NCBI GenBank assembly: GCA_030141605.1
Contig: JAQGDQ010000252.1
Span: 186,001-250,000 of the forward strand
Source of the DNA: Tubiluchus corallicola
Lineage: Eukaryota > Animalia > Priapulida
Direction: 5' to 3'
Length of the DNA: 64,000 nucleotides
Made by a program: the position numbers and the translations under genes. Positions 1-13,400 of this stretch are shown piece by piece. Every line of letters begins with the position of its first letter. Position 1 is the first letter of the stretch. Under the pieces are notes generated by a model, which saw nothing but the letters and a program-made list of their open reading frames with translations, was not told where the DNA came from and searched no databases.

Positions 1-404
1 GAATTCAGGTAATACTGGAGTAATTATTTTTAAATTATAGGTAGACCTACTGTAGATGTTTTTCAATCATTTTTTACATCTGATTCTGTATTAACTTTAG
101 CCACACTGGAAGAGAAGACAAGTTTAAAAATTGATCACTCTAGATCAATGGCTGATGTAAAATCAAGGAATAAAAAATGAAAAATACATCAAACATATAG
201 AATTACACGGGTATTTAACAAATGTGCTTCGAATAAGAAATTGCCAAATTTTTATTCAATTTTATCATTGGAACTTTTTACAGCTTTTACTTCCTGATCA
301 AAATTTAACAAAACTGCACAACTGATGACTGTGGTGTTATTTAATTGATCTATTTTTTATTTAAAACAAATTATATTATTTATTTTATTCACAGTGAATT
401 TTAT

Positions 405-885
405 AATTTTTCTTTGAATTAAATTCAGGCATCAACTGTCTTGAAGAAATTCTAGCTCATATACAGTTATCCGTTATCCCTTCCTTCTGTCTCCAGTAAC
501 TTGCTGGCATGATTCTGAGACTAGTCTCACACCCCTCTCTCTCTCTCTACTGATTATGTATGGGTTGGTATTTTTGATGTAACTTCCAGATCTGCTGACA
601 TTGCTGCTGGTGATAAACCGTTTTGCCTGTGTGTACACCAAAAACCCTACAGAATCTCGATGTCAACTGCTCGCAGAATAGGATCATAAAACTTGTCAGT
701 CCAATCAATCATGCCAATATAAGTTTTAGCTTGGAGATTTATCATAGGCAGTTTGAATTTTCTAACTTCACGACCAGTGTAGTTCATTCGAGCCTTAATA
801 ATAGGTCTGCTTGCCAGCTCTTGTATTTCAGGGGATTCTTCATCAAAGATCACTGCCAACAAAATTTTCTCTCCATGCGCAGAAT
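405..885 (-). pseudogene. Degraded DNA transposase C-terminus (hAT/hATm-like)
   Basis: Minus frames give AHGEKILLAVIFDEESPEIQELASRPIIKAR...VRKFKLPMINLQAKTYIGMIDW, then RGVRLVSESCQQVTG and ARISSRQLMPEFNSKKNY, with frameshifts and stops. Resembles the remembered HxENLLLAM..D / ERxVKLV.E motifs of invertebrate transposases. Confidence 0.55.
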
Positions 886-1862
886 ATGGAGTTTTGTGAT
901 CCTTAATTTATTTATTTAATTAATTTATAACAAAATTAATTTATTTTGATTTTATATGCCACTTTTCTGTAATTATGTATATAGAGTAATAACTGTTAAT
1001 AAAACACAGAGGATGGTGTAATTTACAAAAATTCCCAGAACAAACATAAAAGTCGAAGGTTTCAGTCACCACTGTGATCTATCTTCAAACGAAAAAAGAA
1101 AAACAGCACAAATTGTCACTAAAATCTAATTTATATTTCAGTTATTTGCTAAAACCACATTATAAAGAACACAATTGCAATAAAAAAACACAGAGTCTAC
1201 AGAAATAGAAAAGCCCGAGAGAAGAAAACACAAAAAACGCTAGTCACAACATGGTCGCACCGTTATGACATGCACTAATCACAAAATACAGTAGTAAAAA
1301 GCACAAAATAGCATAGTAGTAGCGCTTAGTTAAGAACACAGGCGAGTATATAATTCCTTTCAGTTTAATCCACCACAAAAGATTTGCGTACACTTTCCTA
1401 TAAATAATGGAGAACTTTCAGCTGGGCGCTAAGTGTGCTGTATTTTTAACTTAGTTTTCAGATGGTCAGAGTGCTGACTTTAACCTTGGAGTTGTGTAGC
1501 AAATCCTAAATTCCAGATTGGTCAGGATCTGACGAAAACCCAACAGTTGTCATATGATCAGAATCTAACAAAAATCCAATGTTTGTGAAAGGGTTGTATG
1601 GTGCTCGCATTTTGGTCAGAATCGGAATGGCCAAACGTCATGAAAACTTTCATTTCTCACGAAAATTGAATAGTGCCTTGTGCATAGTGGGTATTATGTA
1701 TTGACATGCACTTTTTTAACATTTCAAAATTGAGCCAGTTAAGGGTAAAAAGCGGCTCACAGCTCGATTCATGTCCATTAAAACAGTGATACTTAACAGT
1801 CAGCACAAAATCAATTTGTAGAACCAGATTATTGAAGACACGTAAATTTTGCCGATCAATCG

Positions 1863-2136
1863 TTACTCTTTGTATATACCAAATACTGTGGCAATGCAGT
1901 ATAATGTTTGATTTTCGTATGTATAAACTGTGAAGCTGTCATTGGTTTTGTCCCACAGGCTTCTACTAACCACTTGCAAACCTTGTCCAAGCTTTTGACC
2001 AATGGTGACTGTGCAGACATACCTGTATCGTGTAAAGCCAAGTTGCTTTACCAAATCCCTAATCTCGTTGCTCATGTTCATACAGGCTACGGAACAAAGT
2101 CGTGCATCATATTGTGTTTTGTCCAGTTCCATGTAT
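1863..2136 (-). CDS. Tctex light chain exon 2
   Basis: Tctex-1 core sequence; acceptor AG at 2138-2137; stop TAA. Confidence 0.92.
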
Positions 2137-3693
2137 CTGAATAAAAAATAATCAGCTGACATAGTATAAGTAATGTAAACGGCAGTTTTACATCACAGTT
2201 GTAAGTATTGTAAATGGAAGTTTTACATAAAAGTTATAAGTATTGTAAACGGAAGTTTTACATAAAAGTTATAAGTATTGTAAACGGAAGTTTTACATAA
2301 AAGTTATAAGTATTGTAAACGGAAGTTTTACATAAAAGTTATAAGTATTGTAAACGGCAGTTTTACATAAAAGTTATAAGTATTGTAAACGGAAGTTTTA
2401 CATAAAAGTTATAAATATTGTAAATGGCAATTTTCAGTCAGAGTTTTAAGTAACGTAAATGGCAATTTTATATCAGATTTATAAGTAATGTAAACCTTAA
2501 TTACTGAAAATATGTCATGTTTTGGTCTTAGTACTTTTTAAAATACGGATATGAATTTGGAGAAGTTGTAATTAGGTTATGTACAATATGCTTTAAACTG
2601 TTTACAAAAGCTTGACAGTAGAGACAAAGAATTGAATATATATATTCAATACCAAGAACTGTATTGAATTAAAGCAAACAAATGTTCGTACGAAACATTG
2701 TTTTCTTCATGTAGCTGGTTATTTGCTGAGTAGTACTTTTATCACGGTATTGCCATTTTTGAGTAGTACGTCACAGTGGTAAAATATGTGCATTGGCACG
2801 CATTGGTGATTATAGTTACAATTTCAATTTAATTCCATTTATATGCAAATGTTTTCGAAAGGCTTTTCTTTGCAACTTGTGCTGTGTAGTATAGAATTTT
2901 CAACATACCTGTGCATCACGTCTTTTAGCACTTCTTTTATGGTTGCATACTGAATCTTGTGCTGTGGTTCCATGCGATAAGTAGGTTCAAGTTTCTGCTG
3001 AACTGGTTCACCTTGGAGAGGTTCAAATGTATGAATTACCTCAACTGTACCTCGTTTGTCCAGCATTTTTTGGTGTTCTTTCATTGCGCCTGATATCAGG
3101 GCTCCCCGCCGTAATTTCTTTGCGATTTTCAAAATGGGCTTACTGACTTCAGCAGATTTATCTTCCTGATCACCTGTGTCTTCAGTTAGTGATTTTTCTT
3201 CAGACTCTTTTTCGGGTAGTTTTATTTTTGGAAGCGTACTGGTAACTGCTTCTGGTTCATTCGAATGAGCAAAATCTTTAGATTTTTCTGCCTGTTGGAT
3301 GTTTGTTACTGATTCAGTCAGTTCAGATTCCTGTTCTGCTTGTGTAGTAGCAGGATCGCTTGACTGCTTTTCTAAACTCTTGCTTACATTTTCCATTTTG
3401 TTTTCTATCGTGTCTGCTTTTCTTGTTTCTTGCAAAAGTTTTTTTTCATTTTGATGTTCTTGTTGAAGTTCCATTGATGTTGCTTCATGTGCTGTTGAAA
3501 CCTGTGCAGGTGGTTTTATGGTGCCTTCATCATTTTTTATTCCTGATTTATCGCTTTCACTCGGTTGACATTGTGAAGAAACAGGGTCTTCATTTGCAAC
3601 TTCTACGTGCTTTTCCTCTGCACTTTGAACTGATGTTTTAACATGATTATTATCTGCATCAATTGTGCCTTTGTCCTTTATGGGATCATCCAT
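1863..3693 (-). CDS. Tctex-1 domain dynein light chain (TCTEX1D/DYNLT-like), 2 exons, about 352 aa; nested antisense in the dynein heavy chain intron
   Basis: Exon 1 3693-2909 (AG|GTATGT) and exon 2 2136-1863 (ttttattcAG|). 785+274=1059 nt, in frame: ..EPTYRMEP..IKEVLKDVMHR/YMELDKTQYD..RYRYVCTVTIGQKLGQGLQVVSRSLWDKTNDSF..YCIATVFGIYKE*, a typical Tctex-1 domain. Confidence 0.9.
2166..2495. repeat. 35-bp minisatellite, about 9 copies (aagtattgtaaacggaagttttacataaaagttat)
   Basis: Periodicity read directly (e.g. 2221, 2256); central copies near-identical, edge copies degenerate. Confidence 0.95.
2909..3693 (-). CDS. Tctex light chain exon 1 (low-complexity E/K/Q/S-rich extension plus start of the Tctex domain)
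   Basis: ORF 2839-3693; donor GTATGT at 2908; PTYRMEP motif. Confidence 0.8.
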
Positions 3694-3749
3694 ATTTCAT
3701 CAGAGGATTGAAAATTTAAAAATGTCAGTGAAACAGCAAGATCAGTAAT

Positions 3750-3817
3750 GTTCCTAGGTTATGCTCAAACGTCAGACTAGAAAGCAGCCAACCCAAACAG
3801 TTTTTCACTCTGTTTAC
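3750..3817 (-). promoter_or_regulatory. Candidate RFX X-box (3750-3762) and forkhead site (TGTTTAC, 3811-3817) upstream of the Tctex gene
   Basis: gttcctaggttat is an imperfect X-box; tgtttac is a forkhead core; both lie 57-125 bp upstream of the ATG. Confidence 0.35.
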
Positions 3818-4345
3818 TGATGCAAAAATACTGTGTAAATGTCATCCATAGTTTAGTTGGCTCTCAAGAACTTTTTGTGTTCTCCAAAACCAAACTTGTG
3901 CAGTGTGCACATGCAACCCTTTGTAATACTCGACTTTAATGACTTATAAGCAGGAAAACGCATGTTGCTGCTCACTTGACTGCACATAAATAATTTACAT
4001 CATACATAAATAATGGAAGAGGTCTTTAGTTAGCAGGCTCTCTTTGTTTCTTGTGAGACCACATAAAATATTTAGCTGCAGCATGCGTTAGTGCACTAGT
4101 GCAATTAATTTATGTCACATTTAATATTCCATGAAATTATGTTGGACTATGTATTACTTGCTTTATCTGACTGGATTGATTCTGTAATAGCTTAATTTGA
4201 TTTCTTTTCAGTTCACAAGTAATCTACACGTGAAATATAAAACGTTAATAATTTGTAAATTCTGATATGGTTTTTTTAAATTCTAGTTCAAATCTGTGTT
4301 TGATTTAGCATATGTAATTGAAACCGCTTTTACTTGTATTTACAG

Positions 4346-4467
4346 GAGGTGCTGCTTTAGATTTGCAGACTGTTTCACCTAAGCCTTTTAAGTGGATACC
4401 TGACATGTCCTGGCTTAATCTAATTCACCTCCAGACCCTTAGTAGCTTTAAAGACATACTCGACCAG
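4346..4467 (+). CDS. DNAH5: Dynein HC exon ([31 protein letters not shown])
   Basis: tacAG| ... CAG|gtata. Confidence 0.9.
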
Positions 4468-7400
4468 GTATAAATTTATTTTATTGTGTTTTTCATATGC
4501 TGCAGGTCTTCGTGGAGCGTGTAGTTAATCAAGCTTTTTGCAATATATAAATGTCTTTCCTTAAATTTTTGCTATAGCAAATGCATCAAAATGTTGCGGT
4601 CCTTTTTACACAGTTTGGTTTCAGAACATTTAAGTCTGGGCAAGACTAAAATGACATGCACTTTCAACTTTAAGAATTCAATGTTAAGCTTCTAAAAAGC
4701 ATCAGCTTTAATTAGATAAAAATATTATAACATAAGGTTCCGACTATTTCAAAATAACATGATATTAACAACTTCTTCATCATCACAGCAGTTACACATA
4801 ATGTATCATTTTAGAACATAACCTTTTTGCTTCAACATCATTAGGCGTCAAATAACATAACTCTTTTCTATTTTTAATTTCGATTTTATGAAAATGAGTT
4901 TTTATCCCTGGCTATAAAGCAGGTTTTTTATTTTTAACAATTAGGTGCGAGATAATGAGAAAGGCTGGAAGTTGTGGTTTGATAAGGAAGCTCCAGAGAA
5001 TTTTCAAATTCCTGATGGTTATGGACAAATGCTGAACATGTTTAGAAGTTTATTATTGATTAGGTCCTGGTGTCCAGATAGAATAATTGCGCAAGCAAAG
5101 AATTATGTTGCTGGTAACTATATTATATTTTTCTGCCTTTATTATAAATGTCATACACGTAATTAACTATATTAATACAGGCATGGTGCTCTCTGGAATG
5201 TTTACTTGCCACCAGTGGCGGCTCGTGTAAAGGTACTGTGGAACTGCAGTACCCCTTATTTTCACTCAATATTATCGTTATGATATAATAATTCAATATA
5301 ATAAGTCTTTTCTTTAGTTCATTCTTTACACTCGTACAGTCCAGAGCACGTGTGGGTAGTACTGTTTGCTTCATAGTCCAGCACAGTGAGCTCACAGCTC
5401 AAGCAACGTGGTGTTTGACTGTTGTGCACATGCAGCCATGTGCACATGTCTGAGATAAGATGCTCCACTTCAGGTAGAAAGAGTATTGTCGCTCACACAG
5501 TGTGTGTTGTCAGTTGTCACGTGCTTAAAAGCCGTGTACCGGCGTATTCTTGAACTGTGACAATTTAGGTTATTCATAAGCAAACAATATTTTTTGTTTA
5601 AATTTGTATTTATATTTGTAAGTTTGTTTAAATATGTATAAATTCTGTATGTTTGTTAATTACAAATTACAACATTAAAATTACACATGTTTGTCTCATT
5701 TTACACAGTATTAAAACAATGGCTAAAAATTTTCTGAAGCAGCACCCCCAGTAATTTTAGCCACGAGTCGTCACTGATTGCCACATGCTCAGATTTGTCT
5801 CATATATCATGTTTTTATTGCAAATGCTGATTAAGAGATATTGGGGATATTTTAGAATCACTTGGGAAAAAATTTGTGGAAGAAGTTTTATTGGATTTGG
5901 AACAGATATGGAAGGAGTCTAACTGTGCCACGCCCATAATTGGATTGCTCAGCATGGGAGCTGATTCAACTAGCGCCATAGAATCTTTAGCTAAGAAGCT
6001 TAAATGTGGTAAGAAAGCGAAACTACTTTACATATATTTGATAATATTTACTATGGTGAAGCTTGGATCTAATTTTTCATTTTTTTAATATTTGTAACTA
6101 GTTTGTACTGTAAATCTTTATACTTAACTAGGCTGTCACCTTTTTGTACTATTATGCATTATTATAAAATTCTACCATAAAAACATGAAAAACACTAAAG
6201 AACGCTAAAAAACAAAGTTTTGGGATTATATATTATAATAATGCACGATACTGAAAAAGCAGAAAATACACAATGCAGAGAAAAAAATGAAAAAAGTTAA
6301 ACTGGAAAAAATCACTGCATAGAGTCAACAAATATACAGCACAAAATTAATAACAAGAGGAAAGACAGAATATTCACCATGTGAATGCTTCAGATGCATT
6401 TCTTGGTTAGAATACACATAATGAATAACATACAATATACAGTAAACTCTGCACAATTCGGATGGCTTGTAGCCAAGAAAAACTGTCTGAGTTGTACATA
6501 AACTGAGTTCCGTGAAGATAATGTTCGTGTATTCATTTCTCGGCGGATGCACTGTGTGCTTGCATGTAACTATTTATTGAAACGGAAGCCTGCTTCGTGG
6601 CCAAATATTACTGAGTTTGTTTTAAATTGATTTGTTGTTGACAGACTTCATTTGTTTTGAATAATCTATTTAGAAAATGCCTAACACTAATGGCAGTTAC
6701 ACATTCACTGCACCACAACTCAAAATGGAACTGCCCATTTACCATAATTAAGCAGTCAGCAATGAAATTTGATATGCAGGGTTCACATGCTTGCATGCAC
6801 GCATAAACACAACCATCTGCATTCATTGCTAAAGATACTTTGCCATGGCCTATGAAAACCAACAGTGGAAGTCTGAGAAATAATATTGCAGTCAAAATTT
6901 TCCACTTTGCCATTTTATTAATGGGGCAGGATTAGTTAATTACTGACATGCAAACTTGTGATGAAATGAGACATGTTACACGTGTCACATGCACAAATAC
7001 TTTGTAGTTTTCCGATTATTTTACACCCGTACCAGACTGCCAGGAAATCACTCCTGTCTTGTACTAGCAATGTTGCTGCACGTTTGAGAGCAAATGCAAT
7101 GCGTTTTAGGCAAATTGTTCTCCTAAAAATATCGAATTCAGTGATATACTGAGTTTTGCAAGTGGTTTAAGCATTATAGAACTATAGAAAGGTATATAGA
7201 AATAAATCTGTTCTACCGAATCTGTCTGTGAGGTGAATGATGTTCTGAATTACCAGAACCAGTTTATGCAGAGTTTACTGTACTACTTTTTTTAATGACG
7301 CAAAATATCAGAGTATGTTAGTGCCCAGAGCTTTATACGAATCTAATACTACAAAACCATATATCTTTAAATAGAATAAATAGATAACATAGTCTTGTAT

Positions 7401-10400
7401 TTTTGTAAAGCCATTTTGAAAAGACAACATTTATGTACTGTCACTAATTTATCAAATATCATAATGACTTACTCTTACAACAATACAGGTACGGAACTTA
7501 ACACACAAATTACGCATAAAATAGGGGTATATGCATTGGCATTAGCAACCAAAATTAAGGCTGCGTGATCAGCAGTCTGAATTGTAGATCATGGGCACCG
7601 CCAGAATTTAAAAAAAATTGATGCACAAGCAGCTAGGAGGTTTGGGGCGGAGCCCCGGCCACAAAGGCATTTTCCTGTATTTAAGCACATTTTGGAGGCC
7701 TCAAATGAGATCCAAATTCTGGTACATAGACTTCTCCAAATGTGAAAAATTCTGCTTTAATAAACATATTTTACCTACATTTACCTAGGTAATATTCATT
7801 GTATTCTGTTGTAGTAGTCATATATCTTAAAAGTAAGTTCGTAATAGACTGCAATGCGGATGACCCATTACTTAATAATTTATTTAGTGCCAAGATTATC
7901 TGCCCAGCAAAAGGTGGACGTTCATACAAAATTTTAATAAGTGCTCATTTTTCCCAACAGACACAGCTAAACGGCAGAACATCTTGGCCACACACGCATT
8001 TTACTGCATTTTAAACCATTTAATTTCATATGCAAATTATCTTATTGCACGGGGATTGCGCAAACAAACAAGGGGTTGACGTGTGTCTTGGTTTACTGCT
8101 AAAAATTTATTTAGCTATTAAAACTTGTTTCTTAAGAAATTCTGTGGACGCGCGGGCGTCAGTGTTGGCGTCCATTGTCTAGATCATTTATGCACCCAGC
8201 CCAGGACATTATGGTACTGAACAGCGAATATTGACCTTTAGTAAAGTATTTTAATTTCTTTTAGTGTGTCGCTGTTTCTGCAATGCACACGTACCACTAA
8301 AATGTGTAGCTAATATAAAATTATTGAATAGCTTTTTCTTGCAGAATTTAAAGCCATATCTATGGGCCAAGGTCAAGAACATCATGCCAGGTGTCTTCTG
8401 GCTTCATGCATGCAGAGCGGTGCTTGGTTTCTGCTGCAAAACTGCCATCTAGGACTAAATTACTGCAATGAACTCATTGATAGCTTGCAAAATGTTTTGT
8501 CAGTAAATCCTGAATTCCGTCTCTGGATAACTACTGAAGTTCATCCACAGTTTCCTATCACTCTGCTACAGGTATCACGGTACCTTTTAGCTATTTAGTT
8601 ATAGCTATTTAACATTTTTTGCATTTTTCGTTTGTTTTGTTTATTAGTTTACATGGATGATTAAGAACGGTAAGTAGTTTTAATTCTGATTATAGACGGG
8701 TGGCCACGAGAAAATTTAATTTTTTGTTGTTGCATGAAAGGCTGTTTCCATGCCAAATAAAAAGTTTTTTGAACCTAACTAATATTCACTTCATTATTTT
8801 TGCAGTTAAGAAAAATTACATTTTATTTACGAGTTGGTTGTTTCTTTTAATTGTACTAAAGGCTGCTTAGCTATGTGTATTCATGGAAAGTTATAGCAGT
8901 GTTGACTGTTGTGAATGGATTGATGACAGTGGGGAAATTTGAGCAGTTAAAGCTTCTTTTTTCTTACAGTTAGGGAAGTAGTAGTAACAGTGATGGTGTT
9001 TTATTATAATAATAACTGCATTCACATGCCATCTTACAATAACATATGCAACAATCCCTGCTATAACGATTACATGCTAGATTCAGTTTATGATAATTAC
9101 TTTTAAACACAAATCTGTTTATGCAACTATTTTTTTCCATATTTGTTTTCAGCAAAGTCCTAGAAATCTGGCATTTTCTTTCTTCCAAATTTTCTGTACT
9201 CCTCTTACCAGGTAACAACCTGCATAATGGGTGACACTGTATTTTAACTTTTTCAAATGGTTTACTAAATAAAAATCTATCTAGGTAGCAAACTTGATTA
9301 TTTTACAGGTTTTAATTAGAAGTTTAGAGTCAACTGTCTTTTATCATTGGGTAATAGATATGACAACTTATATATCACCACTTTTTCCATGTTTGTGATA
9401 GTAGTTTACTGCCACAAAAGTCACCGAACTGGTTAAGGGATACAATGTTACCGAGTTTTTGTTTTCTTTAGATGTCCGTAAAGTACACTAATGAGCCACC
9501 TCAAGGAATCAAAGCTGGATTAATGAAGACTTATGCAGGTTAAATAACATGATTTTCATTTAAGCATTAAACAAGTAGAGGATTTAAGCAATTAAACTAG
9601 CTTGTATATTTCAGCTGTATTTCAAAATTTTGTAGAGCATTCTAAAAGTGCAAAAACAGTTAAGAGTTTATTTATACCTGTTTTCATATGTTTGAATACT
9701 TTGCATTTCATCCTTGCTTTAGTTCCTGTGTGTTGTGTTAATTTATACTAATTCCTTCTTAAACTTTTCAGTATTACTTGAATGTGGTTTGACTTTGCTC
9801 TGTTGTAATTTCCTTTAATTTTTTGGGTTTTTTAAAGTTGAAGAATGCTTATATAATAAATCCCAAAGTGGGTTACCATTTATTCAAATTATATTGGATT
9901 GTAACTGTCCGTTTTAGTCCAAATTCTAAGCCTATTGACAACATATGTAACTTTGTCTGAAAAAGATGACATTTCAGTTGGCATGTCAGCAGTTCTGGAA
10001 TATTTACTCATCCTGTTGATTTTTCACCAAATAGTTCAGAAAGCGAAGCTCAGGGCACTCGGGTTCAGAGTCTCAAGCTATCATCAACTCACTCATTAGT
10101 ATTGCAAAATTCATCATTAGTAATTATTAATACTCAGACAATTAAAGGACTATATGCAAAAATAGAAGTTTAGGATCCCTGAATTACCTGTCGGGCATCT
10201 CTTTGTTGCTTTAAACAATTTTTGTGTTGCATGAAACTGATTTACATGTAGACAAGCTTATAAATCTCTTGTTTAATAAATAAACACTGATTATACAAAC
10301 TACGAGGCACTGACAAAGTTGCAGTAAAAGCTGACACACAACAGTAAGACAAACGTGACTATAATTTGATCCTTTTATAAATTTAGTAAATTGCTATTTC

Positions 10401-13400
10401 CAGGTATCAGTCAAGACCAGCTAGATGCTATCAGTGTCCCACAGTGGAAACCTTTGCTATATGCTATTGCTTTCTTCCACACTATTGTACAAGAGAGGCG
10501 GAAATTTGGTCCACTGGGTTGGAATATCCCTTACGAATTTAATGCTTCTGATTATAATGCAACTGTTCAGTTTGTACAGAATTACTTGGACGATCTAGAT
10601 GTGAAGAAGGTTAGTGCTGTATACATATGGTAAAGTTTGTCTCAAAAGCAGTTTTATTAAGTAGTCTAAATGGAAGGATTTTTTCTACACCATTTTCATG
10701 CCTCTGGTGAAGCACTTATTCTTCTTATCAATGCCGCAGCCCCAGTGCTAAGAGAAAGTTGATTTTGCTTCTGATTGCTAGGGCGGATAGTTGTAATTGT
10801 TAAAACTGGGAACTTTGTTCAGTGTTATGTTGGCAAAGTTAAAATGACTGCAAGATAAGTTTAGAAAATTTGTATAAATGTATGTATAATGTATAAATAA
10901 CGTATAGTTTATTAATTTGTGGAAAACCACACTTTCGAATGACCTAGGCAAGAAAAATTTTTATGTAGCAATTAATGCTTTGCAAATGACACGTTGCACC
11001 CACACTGCCATTAACTATTTTGCCAACATCTGCAGGAGTGTAGATCTCAAAGATCTGCAGACATTACAACCATGTTTTTTAGTCTGCCAATTTTAATTGT
11101 TTACAGAGAGCAAGTAGTACAGTAAGTCCTTGCTTCTTTCCTGAGAAATGTTTCTAGTGTTATTTTTCCAACAAAAGTCAAAACATAAATTCAAATGAGA
11201 TGAATTTAGTAATAATTAACCCAGCAATGCAAAATAAGAGAATTCTGTCAGAGTGATTCCATCTGTATCTGGGAAAGTATCAATTAGCAAGTAGCCTGCA
11301 CTGATTCATCCCTGCCTGCCTCTGACCAAGTTATTATTGCCATGATTCTTGTATTAGGCTTCTTCATAAAATGCGAGTGCAGCAAACAGAATCCACACTC
11401 AAAGGCCAAAAAAGTCGTTTTGTTAAAATGAAACTTGCGTCATTAAGTGACTAAAATGTGTCAAAAGATCAGACTCGTTCAACAAGGTATCGTTAAGTGA
11501 GGACTTACTGTACTATACGTAATCTAGCTTCTCCTGTATAGAAAGTGAGTGTACTAGCTCTAACCTACTTCTATAGTGAGAAGGTTGTGCCAGTCTTTTG
11601 GATGAAGACTGTGCATTCCCCCTTTCTAGTTCATCTTCAATAGGCTGCAGTTGTAATAGGACTTTTATTTCACCTCTTCTGTGTTCTGAGAACATATTGT
11701 TTCTGTAACAAGATGTTGGCCTGTAAAGGTATCTTTAAATTTTGTGACTCATTAATGATGGAAATTATTTTCATTGTGTTAACAGGACGTGTCATGGGTG
11801 ACAGTGAGGTACATGATAGGTGAAGTGCATTACGGAGGAAGAGTTACGGATGATTATGACAAGCGTGTGTTGACTACATTCACTAGTCTATTGTTTAATG
11901 AAAAGACATTAATGCCTGGCTTTGGTTTTCATACTGCTTATCCTATGGTGCAGTTTCCCAAAGTGGAAGAATATATAAATTATATACAAACACTCTCCAG
12001 TCACGATTTACCAGAGGTGTTTTGTCTCCATAGCAATGCTGATATAACGTAAGTAACCTGATTTGTAAAGTAACTTTGGTTGCAATATTTGGAGTAAAAT
12101 GTGTGGAGTTACAAATATGTAATTTGTATGCTACTGTAACAATAGGAAGTAGCATAGGAGCTGAAAAAAATCATTGAAGATACTGTCTGGCCTTACCACA
12201 CCAAATTAAATGTTTGCTTTGAAAACTTCATTCATATTGTTTTACATTAGGCAAATGGTTATGATGTGAGTGGGTCACTAATACACTTCTTCGCCTTGAA
12301 GGATTTCTACAATCTGTTTTTCATTGGTTGACAAATTTTTGTTTTGCTGCTCCAGTGATAAGTAGGGATGAGCATCAAATTTTCGAGTTCGATTCGAACG
12401 CATTTTTTTAGTTAGAATTCGATTCGAACCTAAAACTATGCATTTAAATAATTCAGCACTTAAATCACATATGTTCTTTATCGTTAAAGCGATTGAAACT
12501 TCATGCAATTAGCATAATTTAGCTGTGATTTCTCTGCACAATTTTAAACTAATTATTAGTGGTTTTACTGCAGAACAAAATCCAGTAATATGCGTGATCT
12601 TTGTAAGACTAATTTTTACTGATGGTTCGCAAACTTGTTCGAAAATCTTTCAATTTGAATTTTTCGAATTCGAAATACTAAAGTTCGATTTGGCTCTAAT
12701 TCAAAAGTCACAAACTCGATTCAATTCTAATTTACTTTCTGGTAGAGTTTGTTCACCCCTAGTGATAAGTGTGATGTCGTTGTGCCTTGTAAGTCGACTA
12801 ACATTTTCATATAAGATGCTGTTTTTTTAATTAATTTATTTAATTTAATGCATAATCTTTATTTAAAAAATATTAATAATATTTAACATAAAAGCTTAAA
12901 TATGCAAGCAGTCTAAAACGTATATACAGCACGGAATGTTAAAAGGGCTGGTTAACACATTACGGATAAAGAGCTATGGCTACTTGCAGGTGCGTGTTAA
13001 AAGATAAATGATTATTAAGATTTGCATCTTCTAAATATCTTTTTTAAATGTTTTTGACTTTTTGATTATTTTAATTTCCATGTTATTTACTTACAGGACA
13101 TACGGATATATATAAATATGATATATATATCAATATATATATAATTAATATATACTAGCAAAGGCCCCGCAAAAAATTTTGCACATAATCAACAATGCGC
13201 GAACATTCTACCTAGTCCTCATTTATTTACCTAACACAAAGCCAGCAGCAGCAGCTTTTACTGAATTAAAGTTATAGGCAGAGTATAATGGATGACGTCA
13301 GAACAATGGCTTTGCGTCAGCAGTTTTCCAAGCAAAAATTGCCAAAAATAGAACATCTAATTAACTTGTCGGTACTCCTTTTGGTGGACATGTACTAAAA

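Noticed and set aside
2166-2495. CRISPR-like regular repeats
   Set aside because: Units are contiguous with no unique spacers, the context is eukaryotic, and there are no cas genes.
7590-8177. Possible hAT MITE (catgggcaccgcc ... ggcgtccattg)
   Set aside because: TIR and TSD are too degenerate to call.
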